From: Octopus bimaculoides
Lineage: Eukaryota
Assembly (NCBI RefSeq): GCF_001194135.2
Contig: NC_068982.1
Coordinates: forward strand, 49,406,063 to 49,470,062
Direction: 5' to 3'
Length of the DNA stretch: 64,000 nt
This document shows, in pieces, positions 48,918 through 61,439 of the stretch. The number at the start of each line of letters is the position of its first letter. The first letter of the stretch is position 1. Under the pieces are notes generated by a model, which saw only the letters and a program-made list of their open reading frames with translations, made no database searches and was not told the origin of the DNA. The position numbers and the translations under genes are program-made.

Positions 48918-49292
48918 CAGAGATTCTCATCTGAAGTCCATATAAGATTTTTGGAGGTCCATGAAAGCAAAATAATAAACTGAGGATCCATAGTAGTATT
49001 TTAAGGGTCCATGAAAAAAATTTTGCTTTGCATGTATTTATTGCAAGAAACAGCTAGGTTTCTTTCTTTAATGTTTTACCTAGTTCAACATGTTTCTGGC
49101 AACTGAAACATGTTCTCTCCGAGAATTCTGTTGCAAACCTACACAAATGAATGTGTGAAAAACAAAATAGAAATGTTGAGAGAAGATCTATAAAACTAGC
49201 TTTTAAACACTGAATGGTTATGGGGGTCCACCAGAATAAAACAGTAATCAAAGGGGTCCATAGATAAAAAAAAAAAAAGTTGAGAATCACTG
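48918..49292. mobile_element. hAT-type MITE
   Basis: TIRs CAGAGATTCTCA / TGAGAATCACTG; 8-bp TSD ATTTAGAA (48910-17) / TTTTAGAA (49293-300). Confidence 0.85.
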
Positions 49293-49776
49293 TTTTAGAA
49301 TATCACTTTACTATTACAGCATTCAAACTTCAAAATTCACAATGTTAGCAATAGTAAAGATGCAAATAAATGGAAGGGAATGCTAAAATATATAAATACC
49401 ATGCATTAATGCATATCTTAAGAAAGCTGGATATGAGAGATAAAAAGTCAAAATAAACAAAATTTGTACAATTCTTTGACTGGAACCAGTAAAATGTGAA
49501 AGAAAGAAATTAAATCCTTTCTGCTTGTCACCATGTTATACATAACAATTTATATCAGCTGAGTACACACAAACATATACAGATACATAGGTGGTTTTGT
49601 ATCCATGAATACATATGTTTTTTGCATTCAAGCATAAACACCTGGGAAAAGCTTTGTGTCAGAATTAAGTACAATTGTAATAACAAAAGATATGAAGACT
49701 ATTTAAACACTATTAAAATATCTCCTATCAACGTATTCCGACCATTATGAAATTTGAGCTATGCCTTCAATTATAC

Positions 49777-49833
<57 letters not shown>

Positions 49834-50698
49834 TGTATACATTTTCAAAGCTAAAAACTATTGGGTGCTAAGCTTCCATTCTTACTGAGTTTTTAATCTT
49901 TTTAGACTACTTGAATACTTGGCAATGGAGTAATGGGCCACTGGTGAATATTAGTCAAATCTGAAATCGGAGCTGACATGACTCTATCTCGCCTGCCATA
50001 GGGAGCTTGTCTCCCTTATCAGTTGTTAGAAAAATGCTCTCATGTGGCTAAGAGTTGTTTTGACTCCTATTTCTAGCAATGCTGGTGCCGACTAGCATCC
50101 TGTGTCACTTTAGTGAAGACTATACTTGTTGCCTTTAGGTTTGTATATATGTATGTATACACGTGTGTGTGTATGTATGTATATAGGTAGATAGATGGAT
50201 AGATAGATAGAGAAACATATATATATAAATAACCTTAATTTAATATCAGTGTTAATATTGAAATATTCATATTATCATCTGATGGCTGTACTTTGATTTT
50301 GGCTCCGTGTGGCCAGGACACAAAATTTTCTCTTTTGTTTCTTAGGGAAGCTATTTGCTTCCAACATTTTATGCATGATAGAGCTTTGTATTTACAAAGA
50401 TTCCCTGACAGTCAGAAGTTATAATTGTATTTTTGTTACCTGCAGCTTATACCGTTGAGTTGTGTTCGTATGTCAAGCATTTAACAAGTTTTATCTGGGG
50501 CTCAACATATCTGGGGCTAATATGCTTCACCTATTAGAACAACAAGTTATGCATTCTAATGAGATTTAGCAACGAGCATGAGTGTCATTTTGGGTGTTGA
50601 TAAAAACAAACTGAGCACTCAAGAATTATGCTCAACTTCCAAAACTCCTTCACCTGAAAGTGCTACTGAGGGTATTGCCACTTTGGGACAAACTTTAC

Positions 50699-50718
50699 AA
50701 GCATGTTTGAGCATGCTT
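50699..50718. promoter_or_regulatory. Perfect-consensus p53-family response element (function untested)
   Basis: AAGCATGTTT-GAGCATGCTT = two RRRCWWGYYY half-sites with zero spacer. Confidence 0.35.
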
Positions 50719-50829
50719 GTACAACAAATTTGTCAACAAATTTGTGCTACAAATTGTCATTCTCCAAACACTCATTCAGTGTCTGAACATTGCTGAGCTT
50801 ATCTCGAATTCCTGTTGTCAGTCAAGGCT

Positions 50830-51580
50830 GTGCAGTAAGAAGCTTGCTTCCCAACCATATGGTTCCAGGTTCTGTCCCGCTGCATGACATCTTGAGCAAA
50901 CGTCTTCTAATATAGCCTCAGGCCAACCAAAGCCTTGTGAGTGGATTTGGTAGACAGAAACTGAAAGAAGCCTGTTGTGTGTGTGTGTATGTATATATAT
51001 ATAAAATTATAAATATTATTACAATACAATAGTATTATTTTCCAGCAATAAGCACCATAAATCGGAAATAGTGGCACAACAAGGCACTAATGTTTGCTGA
51101 AAATAGCAGTCAATAACCATACGATACTATGTATAGAGGCAAAGATGTGTACAGGCGGTGAACATAAAAATTTTTGTCTTACCTCTAGGAGAAATGCTAG
51201 AGAAATGGACAACCTAGTACTTGTACGGTTATTGACTGCTATTTCCAGCAAACATTGGTGCCTTGTTGTGCCACTANNNNNNNNNNTAGTGGCATCTCCA
51301 GACCTCTTTCTTTGCATCCTCATTTAATATATATATATACATACATACATACATATATGTGCGTGTGTGTGTCGTTGCGTCTGTGTTTGTCTCCCCACAT
51401 TGCATGACAACTGGTGTTAGTGTATTAATGTCCCCATAACTTAGCAGTTCAGCAAAAGATATTGACCGAATATAAGTACCAGGCTTTAAAAAATGTACTG
51501 GTATAGATCCATTTAACTAAATATTCTTCAAGGTGGTGTTCCAGCATAGCCACAGTCTAACAACTGAAATAAGTAAACAA
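50830..51580 (+). mobile_element. SINE-A split at its microsatellite by an insert that includes a MITE
   Basis: 5' half 50830-50990, 3' half about 51350-51580. Confidence 0.75.
51069..51276. mobile_element. MITE with ~50-bp TIRs
   Basis: TAGTGGCACAACAAGGCACTAATGTTTGCTG...CAGCAAACATTGGTGCCTTGTTGTGCCACTA. Confidence 0.85.
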
Positions 51581-51844
51581 TGAAAGACAAATTGGATAGA
51601 AATAGCTACTGAACAAGTCTATCTTACTGAAGATTATCCTGCTGCTTCGCAAAGACAAGCAGTTTTCATTTTTATGGTTATAGCAAATGGTGTGAGAAGC
51701 AAGTTTGAGGGGATTTTCCCCTTCTAGCCAATTTGTTATCAACTTCTTCAAATACTATCCAAAGAGAAAGGCAAAGAAGGTGCAAGAAGTGTTGCTCTTC
51801 ATTAAATTGACAAAAATATGGGTGAGAGTTTCAGGTGTAGCTTG

Positions 51845-52640
51845 AATGAATAGGCCAAAACATGAGCCTGAATGAATAAGCAAACCCATCAGCCTGAATG
51901 AATAAGCCAACACACAAGCTTAAATGAATAAGCCAACACATAAGCCTGAATGCATAGACCAACACATGAGCCTGAAAGAATAGGCTAACACATGACCCTG
52001 AATGCATAGGCCAACACATGAGCCTGAATGAATAGGCCAACACATGATCCTGAATGAATAGGCCAACACATGATCCTGAATGCATAGGCCAACACATGAG
52101 CCTGAATGAATAGGCCAACACATGACCCTGAATGAATAGGTCAACATATGATCCTGAATGAATAGGCCAACACATGATCCTGAATGAATAGGCCAACACA
52201 TGATCCTGAATGAATAGGCCAACACATGATCCTGAATGCATAGGCCAACACATGACCCTGAATGAATAGGCCAACACATGACCCTGAATGAATAGGCCAA
52301 CACATGATCCTGAATGAATAGGCCAACACATGATCNNNNNNNNNNTGAATAGGCCAACACATGACCCTGAATGAATAGGCCAACACATGATCCTGAATGA
52401 ATAGGCCAACACATGACCCTGAATGAATAGGCCAACACATGACCCTGAATGAATAGGCCAACACATGATCCTGAATGAATAGGCCAACACATGATCCTGA
52501 ATGAATAGGCCAACACATGACCCTGAATGAATGGGCCAACACATGACCCTGAATGAATAAGCCAACACACAAGCTTAAATGAATAGGTCAACACATGAGC
52601 CTGAATGAATGGGCCAACACATGACCGTGAATGAATAGGT
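51845..52640. repeat. 26-bp minisatellite (CCTGAATGAATAGGCCAACACATGA[T/C/G]), about 30 copies, gap inside
   Basis: Period of 26 counted directly; the 26-aa periodicity of the minus ORFs equals 3 x 26 nt. Confidence 0.95.
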
Positions 52641-53114
52641 TTATACTGCAAACTGGAGACAACAAATGGGAAAGGTTAGTTGTCCTTACTAGTGAAGGTG
52701 ATTGTGATTCTTATAGGGTTCTCTGATTGGCCCTAGATGGTAGTTATTTAGAGACCATTGCATTTTATGCTTCTGTTGTTGCTGCTGTTGCTCATGCCAG
52801 TTTTACATATTCAATATAAACACCACCGATTTTACCACTTCTTTATAATTTGTCCTTATAATGATTATCATTTGTTATCTTTGTCTTTGTCACAGCAAAA
52901 GAAAACATAGCAATTGTCAGATATCATAAATAACTAAATTCATTGTCGTCATCAAAATATCTAACTTCATGCTTCAATCTATTAAGTTCAAGTGTATTTG
53001 GAGGTAACATTACCAGTCTCCAAGGTCTCTAGTAATGTACAACATCTGATTCAATGAGCTATACCCTTCCTTTATATATTTGAGGTTTTGTGCCATTGAA
53101 GGAAATCATTAGTG

Positions 53115-53305
53115 ATATGGCAGAACTGTTAGAGTGTCAGACAAAATGCCTAGCAGCATTTCTTCTGGCTCTTTATGTTCTGAGTTCAAATCCTGCTTAG
53201 AATGAACAACTTTGCCTTTCCTCCTTTCAGGATTGATAAAACAAAGTACCAGTCAAATACTGGAGTCAATGTACTCAATTCGCATCCTCCTCTCAAAGTT
53301 GCTTG
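53115..53305 (+). mobile_element. SINE-D
   Basis: GGCAGAACTGTTAG...TTCTGAGTTCAAATCC...TTTGCCTTTC...AAGTACCAGTC. Confidence 0.8.
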
Positions 53306-53309
53306 CTCT

Positions 53310-53742
53310 GTGGCGGTTTCACCAGTCCCCAGCCGAATCGTCCAACCCATGCTAGCATGGAAAGCGGACGTTAAACGATGATGATGAGGTAGACCCAGGA
53401 AGACATGGGAGAAGGTGGTGAAGCATGATCTTCAAACACTGAGCCTCACAGAAGCAGTGACAAGTGACAGAGACCTTGGGCGATATACTGTGCCTAAGAA
53501 GACCTGTCAAGCCAAGTGAGATCATAGTCATGGCTGACACCAGTGTTATGTAACTGACACTTATGCTGGTGGCATGTAAAGAGCACCCACTATACTCTTG
53601 GAGTGATTGGCATTAGGAAAGGCATCCAACTGTAGAAACCATGCCAAATCAGATTGGAATCTAGTGCAGCTTCCCAGTTTTCAGTCAAACTGTCCAACCC
53701 ATGCCAGTGTGGAAAACAGACGTTAAATGATGATGATGATGG
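53310..53742 (+). mobile_element. Two consecutive RTE 3' ends (short young tail, then ORF end, UTR and tail)
   Basis: GCATGGAAAGCGGACGTTAAACGATGATGATG at about 53355-53386; then GRPRKTWEKVVKHDLQTLSL and a second (GAT)n tail at about 53730. Confidence 0.85.
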
Positions 53743-54289
53743 ACTTTCATGAGATATTTAACCATTTGCTGGATAGTATTGTTAAGAAAAGAGGAGTCAC
53801 TTTGAGAAGTGGAGAAGAAGAGTGTCCTCTTCTCTGAAAGGTATATTTCTTTGTTTTACTTGTCAAGGTAATGACAAACAAAAATTGCGTCAGATGGAAG
53901 CAGGGGAAAAAGATGGAAGCTAATATTATTGTTTGTGAAAATTCAACATGTATTACGACAACAGACATGTAACAAGGTAACCATGGAAATGACATATACG
54001 GTGGTAAAAGAAAAGCTAGGTTGGAATTGAAATGTAAAGAATAGAAATCTTTTCTTTGCATCTTGTGTCATCAGTGGAATAGATATTCCAATTACACAAC
54101 TGAAACTTGAAAAGGTGAATAAATTTATTCATGAAGGAGCAGGTGGTGTATCTCTTCATAGATGACAGGGAAAGAGCAGAGAGAATATTTAAAGAATTAT
54201 GGTAAGAATTAAGCAGTGCTTCAAAAGAACAGCAAAACTATTTTGATAATGGAATTAGATGAATTCTTTGAAACAAAGATATGTCATAT

Positions 54290-54722
54290 TGATTCTAAGC
54301 AATTTCGAGGGTGGAGTAAGTCAGTTACACTGATTCCAGTGTCCAGCTGGTACCTTATTTTATCAACCCCCAAAGAGATGAAAGGCAAAATTGACCCCAG
54401 CAGCATTTGAGCTCAGGTTGTAAAGTTAAAAGAAATACTACCATGTATTTTTCCCGGCACAGTAATGATTCTGCTAGCTTGCCACCCTGATCAGATATGT
54501 TATGTTGATTCCAAATCTTTGCACAAGGCCAACAATTTCAAGAATGGAGTAAGTCGATTAGACTTATCCCAGCGTTCAACTGGCACTTTATTTTATCAAC
54601 TCCAAAAGGATAAAAGGTAAAGTCATCCCTGGCAGCATTTGAATTCAGAACCTAAAATCAAATGAGATATCGCTAAGCATTTTTCCTGACACAGTAACAA
54701 TTCTGCTAGCTTGCAGCCTTGA
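54290..54722 (-). mobile_element. Two tandem SINE-D copies
   Basis: CAATTTC(G/A)AG..TGGAGTAAGTC...GAT(G/A)AAAGG(C/T)AAA...TTCTGCTAGCTTGC occurs twice. Confidence 0.8.
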
Positions 54723-54867
54723 TCAGACATGTCATATTGATGTTTAGCTGTGAGTCATCTTTGAATAAGCAGACCTATGATAAAAAAGGTTCTTACCATG
54801 AGCACCCAGAATTTTATTCAGATTCATTTTAAGATAACAGGGTGGGATTTAACCCTTTTGTTATCAT

Positions 54868-55439
54868 AGGCGCAGGAGTGGCTGTGTGATAAGTAGCTTG
54901 CTTACCAACCACATGGTTCTGGGTTCAGTCCCACTGTGTGGCACCTTGGGCAAGGGTCTTCTACTATAGCCTCAGGCCGACCAAAACCTTGTGAGTGGAT
55001 TTGGTAGACGGAAACTGAAAGAAGCCTGTCATATATATGTATATAAATATATATATATATATATATATANNNNNNNNNNNNNNNNNNNNNNNNNNNNNNN
55101 NNNNNNNNNNNNNNNNNNNNNNNNNNNNNNNNNNNNNNNNNNNNNNNNNNNNNNNNNNNNNNNNNNNNNNNNNNNNNNNNNNNNNNNNNNNNNNNNNNNN
55201 NNNNNNNNNNNNNNNNNNNNNNNNNNNNNNNNNNNNNNNNNNNNNNNNNNNNNNNNNNNNNNNNNNNNNNNNNNNNNNNNNNNNNNNNNNNNNNNNNNNN
55301 NNNNNNNNNNNNNNNNNNNNNNNNNNNNNNNNNNNNNNNNNNNNNNNNNNNNNNNNNNNNNNNNNNNNNNNNNNNNNNNNNNNNNNNNNNNNNNNNNNNN
55401 GCATGGCCACAGTCAAATGACTGAAACAAGTAAAAGAGT
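54868..55439 (+). mobile_element. Full-length SINE-A (gap in the middle) inserted 19 bp inside a family-2 MITE end
   Basis: Preceded by TTAACCCTTTTGTTATCAT; followed by TATTTCTAGTGAAATACACAGCCTTT, which matches 3735-3760. Confidence 0.85.
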
Positions 55440-55477
55440 ATATTTCTAGTGAAATACACAGCCTTTCTTTCAGTAAA

Positions 55478-55715
55478 TTCTTTTAATTGTTTCAGTCATT
55501 TGACTGCAGCCATGCTGGAGCACTGCCTTAAAGGGTTTCAGTTGAAGAAATTGACCCCAGGACTTATTCATTGTAAGCCTAGTACTTATTCTATCAGTTT
55601 TTTTTTGTTTTTTTTTTGCCAAACCACTAAGTTATAAGGGATGAAAACATCAATATCGGTTGTCAAGCAATGGTGGGGCAACAAACACAGACAGAAAGAC
55701 ACACACATATAAATA
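55478..55715 (-). mobile_element. SINE-A 3' half, tail to tail with the previous copy
   Basis: GTTTCAGTCATTTGACTGCAGCCATGCTGGAGCAC. Confidence 0.85.
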
Positions 55716-56619
55716 CATACATTTAATAGAAATATGTTACAAAAACAAAATAGAAACTACACGTGGAAATGTAAGGGGAAAAGACATTGCAACTAATATG
55801 CTAGCAGCAATAATGCTACTTGACCATTTCTTTAATGTAAAACACAAAGAATTGTTTTCTGAGCTAAGGTGCATGCTTTTAGACACAAGAGAGTGAAAAA
55901 TATTTGATTGGCCAGAGTGACAGAGGCAAGGCATGGAGATAAAGTCACATACTTTGGCTGGGTTTAGACCAGACCTGCTGGAGGATAGGACCTGAAACAA
56001 GATCACATACAGAGTGACATGTCTTGCCAAGAGACAGACTGAGAGGCAGTATCCATTTAAAGGTCAGGCAAAGATAGTAAATGTATATATCTAATAACAG
56101 ATCTATCATTTTTAACACCTGACCATGTCTAAGTTCGTTCTTTTAATTCTTGCTCAGAAAGCTACAAGTATGCTATAGCTGATGATATGTCAGCAGGCAC
56201 TGAAGTTAAAATATCTGTTCATCTTCCCTGATGGTGAACAGGTGATGTCATCAATTATCATTTATCTGTCGAAGAGGCACAGTGCTTAGTCATGAGACAA
56301 GCTAAGCATTGAAGATCAATTGGCCATATGTATTGGTGGGCTTCCAGTTCAGGAACTATAGGCTGACAGTGCTACCAGAAGGTGAATGAACAGTTCAAAC
56401 CTAGCAGCAGCAACAACAACAACAGTAGCAGCAGCTGCTGCAACCCCCGCTGCTGTCACCACTACCACCTAAATGTATCTTTTCCATTTCTGTTATTTCT
56501 TTCTCCATCCAAGCTATTACAGCCTCAATTTCTTTTGACCTTTTACCTCTTGAAATTATCCACATCAGCAGCACCAAATTTGCTAGAATTTAGCAAATTC
56601 AGTGTTATTATTAAGGTCA

Positions 56620-56815
56620 GTGGTTGACGCAATGAGCTGACAGAATCATTAGCATACTAGACAAAATGCTTAGCAGCATTTCTTCTGGCTTTACATTCCA
56701 TCAAGGTTTGCTCTGCCATTCATCCCTATTGGGCTGATAAAATAAGTACCAATCAAACACAAGGTTCGATGTAAATGACTTGCTTCCCTGCAAATTCTAA
56801 ACCTTGTGCCTCTAG
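56620..56815 (+). mobile_element. SINE-D (degenerate)
   Basis: GAGCTGACAGAATCATTAGC...GATAAAATAAGTACC. Confidence 0.7.
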
Positions 56816-56904
56816 TAAAAAAGAAAATTAATAAAGTCAAATACCAATCTAACACAATAAAGGAAAAATCATAACAAAGTAACTAAAAAGAAAGAAAAGA
56901 AGAA

Positions 56905-57253
56905 CAGGTATGGCTATGTGATAAGAAGCTTACTTCCTAACCACTTGGTTCCGGGTTCAGTTCCACTTCATGACACCTTGGGCAAGTGTCTTCTACTACA
57001 GCTTCAGGCCAGCCAAAGCCTTGTGAGTGGATTTAATAAACAAAAACTGAAAGAAGGCTGTCGTGTATGTATGTATATATATATATATCACCTTGATCAC
57101 CTTGACAAACCAGTCCATCTGGCGTTCATTTGACACCGCTGGTCACTGTACTCTGTCCACTCCTCTCTGGATTGTGCCTTCCTCATCGACGTGGTTCCAA
57201 TCGCCCTCCTAAATTCATTGACGGCTGACAGACACAAAGACACACATACATAG

Positions 57254-57309
<56 letters not shown>

Positions 57310-57540
57310 ACATCTATGTATGTGTGTTTTTGTGTCTGTCACCCATCACTGGATGACAAGCAATGCTGGTGTACTTACGTCCCTGTAACTTAGCGGTTCA
57401 TTAATAGAGGCTGATAGAATAAGTACTAGGCTTTAGAAAAAATTAAGTCCTAGGGTCAATTTGTTCAAATAAAATTCTTCAGGGCAGTGCCCCAGTATGG
57501 TCAAAGTCAAATGACTGAAACAAGTAAAAGAATAAAAGAC
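56905..57540 (+). mobile_element. SINE-A containing a minus-strand RTE-type 3' fragment (57089-57230) in its microsatellite
   Basis: SINE halves at 56905-57085 and 57320-57540; the insert reads on minus AVNEFRRAIGTTSMRKAQSREEW...WTGLSR. Confidence 0.7.
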
Positions 57541-58544
57541 AAAAAATTTGGTTTTGCTTCACATTTGGAACTACTTCTTATAATGTCTTAGCAGAAAAGT
57601 ATGAATGTCACAATTTCTTGTTACAATTCTACAATAATGTTAAAATATTTTTCAATTAGTTAGGAAATTTTATTAGGTGAAAATCTTGAGAGAATGGTAT
57701 TTTTACTTTTATTCAGAAATATAAGCTAACAAAAAGCCAATTAATTTTTATTCTGGCACCATAAATTTGCTGGAGGATAAGTTCCCATCAGTTTTATTTT
57801 ATTATATTTAAAAAATTCTTAATATTTTTATGCTTTTGTTTTTCTTTAGGATTTATTTTGAAACTAATCTAATTGAAATTAGAAAATCTTTTTTTACTCT
57901 TATAACTAAATAAACTCCTATGACCACAGACAAGCACATGTGTGCGTGTGTGAGTATGCCCATTCACAAATACACACACACACAAACACATATATATGTG
58001 TATATATTTATATATACATATGTATAGTATACATATACATGCATATGTATGTGTGTGTATGTACAAATGTTTTATTCATTGCTATTAAGTCTGAGATTTT
58101 TCTTTTTTTATGGCTTATTTTGGTGATTATTCATATCTCTGTCTCTTTGATTTAACTCATCTTCGGTGGGGCAGTGTACACTGCTTTCTCTGCATTTCAA
58201 TATTTATGTCAAATGATGCATCATTTTTTTCTTCACTGTTTTCATTCATGTTAGATATCTTATTTATAATTAATAACATAAAATAGTATTATTTTTTAAC
58301 CACATGAATACCTGAGACCTTCCAGCATAAATGTGTTTGTAGTCATTTCTAAGATAACAATTCATCAAAACTAGTGATTTGTTATAAAAAACCAGTAGTG
58401 AAGTACCGTTATATCATAGTTCAGTCATTTTAATTTAAAAAAAATTTGTTTTATGTTTATTTTTTGTGTAAAATGCAATGAAATATCTGATATTGATTGT
58501 AGCAGAAGTGGGGCTAAGTAATCTCTTGCACAGGTAAATTGAAG

Positions 58545-58858
58545 GAAGGTGGCTTAGTGGTAAGTGTATTTTACACCCAATTATTTGGTTGTGAGTTTCA
58601 TTCCCAGTGGTGCATTGTATCCTTGAGCAAGACACTTTATTTCATACTGTTCCAGTCACTCAGCTGGCAAAATTGAGTTGTACCTGTAATTCAAATGGCC
58701 AGCCTTGTTCCATTCTGTGCCATACTGAATTTCTCTGAGAATTGTGTTAAGGGTATGCATGTCTGTGGAATGCTCATCCACCTAAACATTAATTTCACAA
58801 GTAGGCTGTTCCATTGACTGAATCAACTGGAACCCTTGTCATCATAACTAACAGAGTA
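58545..58858 (+). mobile_element. SINE-B
   Basis: GGTGGCTTAGTGGTAAG head; homology to 2845-3160. Confidence 0.85.
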
Positions 58859-58892
58859 CTAGTTATGTAGATAAATGCTTTCACAGTAGTCT

Positions 58893-59119
58893 TTAATGCT
58901 TTAATTACCGTATTTATTTTGAGTTGTTCTGTGTTTCTTTCAATTAATTTTAAATATAACATAGAATTTAGAAAAATAGCTTGGTTATCATTAAGCTAGT
59001 GTTAGGAACATGATTCGTGACTAAGGTTTGGTGGAAGATTTTAATTCAAAACTTATGAAAATAAGACATTTGTACAGAGTTAGATGCGGTTTCAGCTCAG
59101 TTGGTATCAAAAGGGTTAA
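58893..59119. mobile_element. TTAA-flanked MITE family 2
   Basis: High identity to 7605-7833; ends GGTATCAAAAGGGTTAA. Confidence 0.85.
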
Positions 59120-59404
59120 GTATCAGATTGGCATGTAATTCGACGTAGTATATAATTTAAACACTCAAACATCATCACTATCTATCCAAATTCTGCTGCT
59201 TTTTAGTTGGAAGTCTTGGGCCCTTGAAAGTTATCTTTATGTGTAAGTTCATCTAAAATTTTGGTGTAAATTTTAGACTGAAAAATTTTACCTGTATGCT
59301 AGAAAATATGGTATATTGTTCAGAGAGTTATTCAAGAGTATCAGAAGCTATCTCCATGTTTTGTAATAATATATACATGATAGATGTCCTTTTCCTTTCC
59401 CACT

Positions 59405-59585
59405 ATAGGCTCAAGGGCTAAAATTTAGGGGCAAGGGGGCAAATCAATTACATCAAATTCAATACCTGACTGGTACTTATTTTATCAATACCGAAAGGTT
59501 GAAAGGAAAATTCGACCTCAGTGGAAAAGCTGGAAGAAATACCACTGACCATTTTGTCCAGCATGCTTCTGAAAATAGCATTAGT
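59405..59585 (-). mobile_element. SINE-D (degenerate)
   Basis: GACTGGTACTTATTTTATCAATACCGAAAGG. Confidence 0.7.
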
Positions 59586-60630
59586 TGAGCTAACAAGTAA
59601 GATATCTGAATAGCAAGAAATGCTATATTTCAATAGCATATCTGAATACCTCTCAACTAAATACATTTGCTATTTTAGTAAGAAAAATATTTTAAAATTC
59701 TATTGACAACAAATATTTCATTTTTGCCTTATAGGCAATCTATGAGACAATGCAAAACTTCATTAATCACTGATATTTGTATCTGTCTTTGGTAGTAATT
59801 ATTCAGATTTTGGACAAGAAGTAAATAGGTTTACTTCCTATTTTCAATGAAATTTTAAAATGTCTTTTTGAATGATTACATTAGAAGTTCTATTAAAAAA
59901 ATATATTTTCAGTGAGATTTCTGAAGTTAACAAAGTCAGAAGCCAAGTTTCTTACGTAAATGGGCAATTACTTGGAAATATTTCTGAATACTTGTCAAGA
60001 TTAAGAATTGTAATATGTAGTTTCAAGGAAAGATAATATTTCAAACTTGCTAATATACCTTCTTATTTAACAAAACCCCAGAAATCATTTTTTTTAACAC
60101 TCTTTTCTTGTTTGTTCCACATTAAANNNNNNNNNNNNNNNNNNNNNNNNNNNNNNNNNNNNNNNNNNNNNNNNNNNNNNNNNNNNNNNNNNNNNNNNNN
60201 NNNNNNNNNNNNNNNNNNNNNNNNNNNNNNNNNNNNNNNNNNNNNNNNNNNNNNNNNNNNNNNNNNNNNNNNNNNNNNNNNNNNNNNNNNNNNNNNNNNN
60301 NNNNNNNNNNNNNNNNNNNNNNNNNNNNNNNNNNNNNNNNNNNNNNNNNNNNNNNNNNNNNNNNNNNNNNNNNNNNNNNNNNNNNNNNNNNNNNNNNNNN
60401 NNNNNNNNNNNNNNNNNNNNNNNNNNNNNNNNNNNNNNNNNNNNNNNNNNNNNNNNNNNNNNNNNNNNNNNNNNNNNNNNNNNNNNNNNNNNNNNNNNNN
60501 NNNNNNNNNNNNNNNNNNNNNNNNNNNNNNNNNNNNNNNNNNNNNNNNNNNNNNNTTTTTTTATTCCCTTGCTGGCCACCTGATAAAATCGGTATTTAAA
60601 TATCGACCTTATCCTCATTTGTATAAATTG

Positions 60631-60698
<68 letters not shown>

Positions 60699-60894
60699 TC
60701 CACAGATGAGATCCAGTGATTATCCATATACAAGACACTTAGTTGTGCTCAAAAGATTCAAACTTAAACTCTTATGTCTTTACAGGAGATCGATTCCACC
60801 AGGTAAAGAAAGGCTATAAGAGGGATCAGGTTGAGAGGGTACAGAGGCAATAATGCAGGTAAACAAATTAGAAACATTAATATTATAGTTTAGG

Positions 60895-61242
60895 TTTGAT
60901 ATGTATATATGTTTATGTATGTATCTATGTAAATATATGTATATGCATGTATGTATGTGTAAATGTATCTGTGTATATATATGTATGTATGTATATATAT
61001 ATATATGTGTGTATATATGTATATATATGTATGTGTGTATATATATATGTGTGTATATATGTATATATATGTATGTATATATGTATATTCATTATGTATT
61101 TATATATGTGTATGTATGTATATATGTATATACATTATTTATTTATATATGTGTATGCATGTATATATGTATATATATATGTATGTATATATGCATATAC
61201 ATCATTTATATATATATATATATATATATCTATATATATACC
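60895..61242. repeat. Compound (TA/TG/TATG) low-complexity repeat
   Basis: Direct inspection. Confidence 0.9.
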
Positions 61243-61439
61243 AATTTCCCTCACAAGCTATTGGCTGATTTACAGCTATGATATAGTACCCCATGCCAAC
61301 AATGTTCAGGAGTGGGATGAAATCCTTTAGCACATGTTTCCAAAGTGAATTTCTGAACCATATAGCCATACCTGCACCTATCCTATCATTCTAATTAGTT
61401 ATGTCCAAAAAAAAAAAATTTCTTTACAAGCTAGTTTTC

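Noticed and set aside
49906-49943. Possible exon DYLNTWQWSNGPL, reminiscent of a C-type lectin motif
   Set aside because: Weak donor (GTGAAT), stop shortly after, and no supporting neighbouring exons.
50578-50796. 72-aa ORF over the p53-like site
   Set aside because: Short, no homology recognised and no splice support; length is within chance expectation.
51831-52651. Three long minus-strand ORFs with Cys/His-rich repeats, and a CRISPR-like appearance
   Set aside because: They arise from a stop-free 26-bp unit; there are no unique spacers or cas genes, and the context is eukaryotic.
53760-54280. Possible CGGBP1-like or other transposase fossil
   Set aside because: Only a short fuzzy resemblance (SCVISGIDIPITQLKLEKVNKF); not supportable by eye.
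60560-60620. CCTGATAA...TCGGTATTTAAATATCGA hammerhead-like start
   Set aside because: The GAAAC box and stem III are missing; at most a dead Penelope terminus.
60896-61330. Tyr/Ile/Val/Cys/Met-rich ORFs (also 346-573, 15796-16116, 57869-58155)
   Set aside because: Translations of TA/TG microsatellites.
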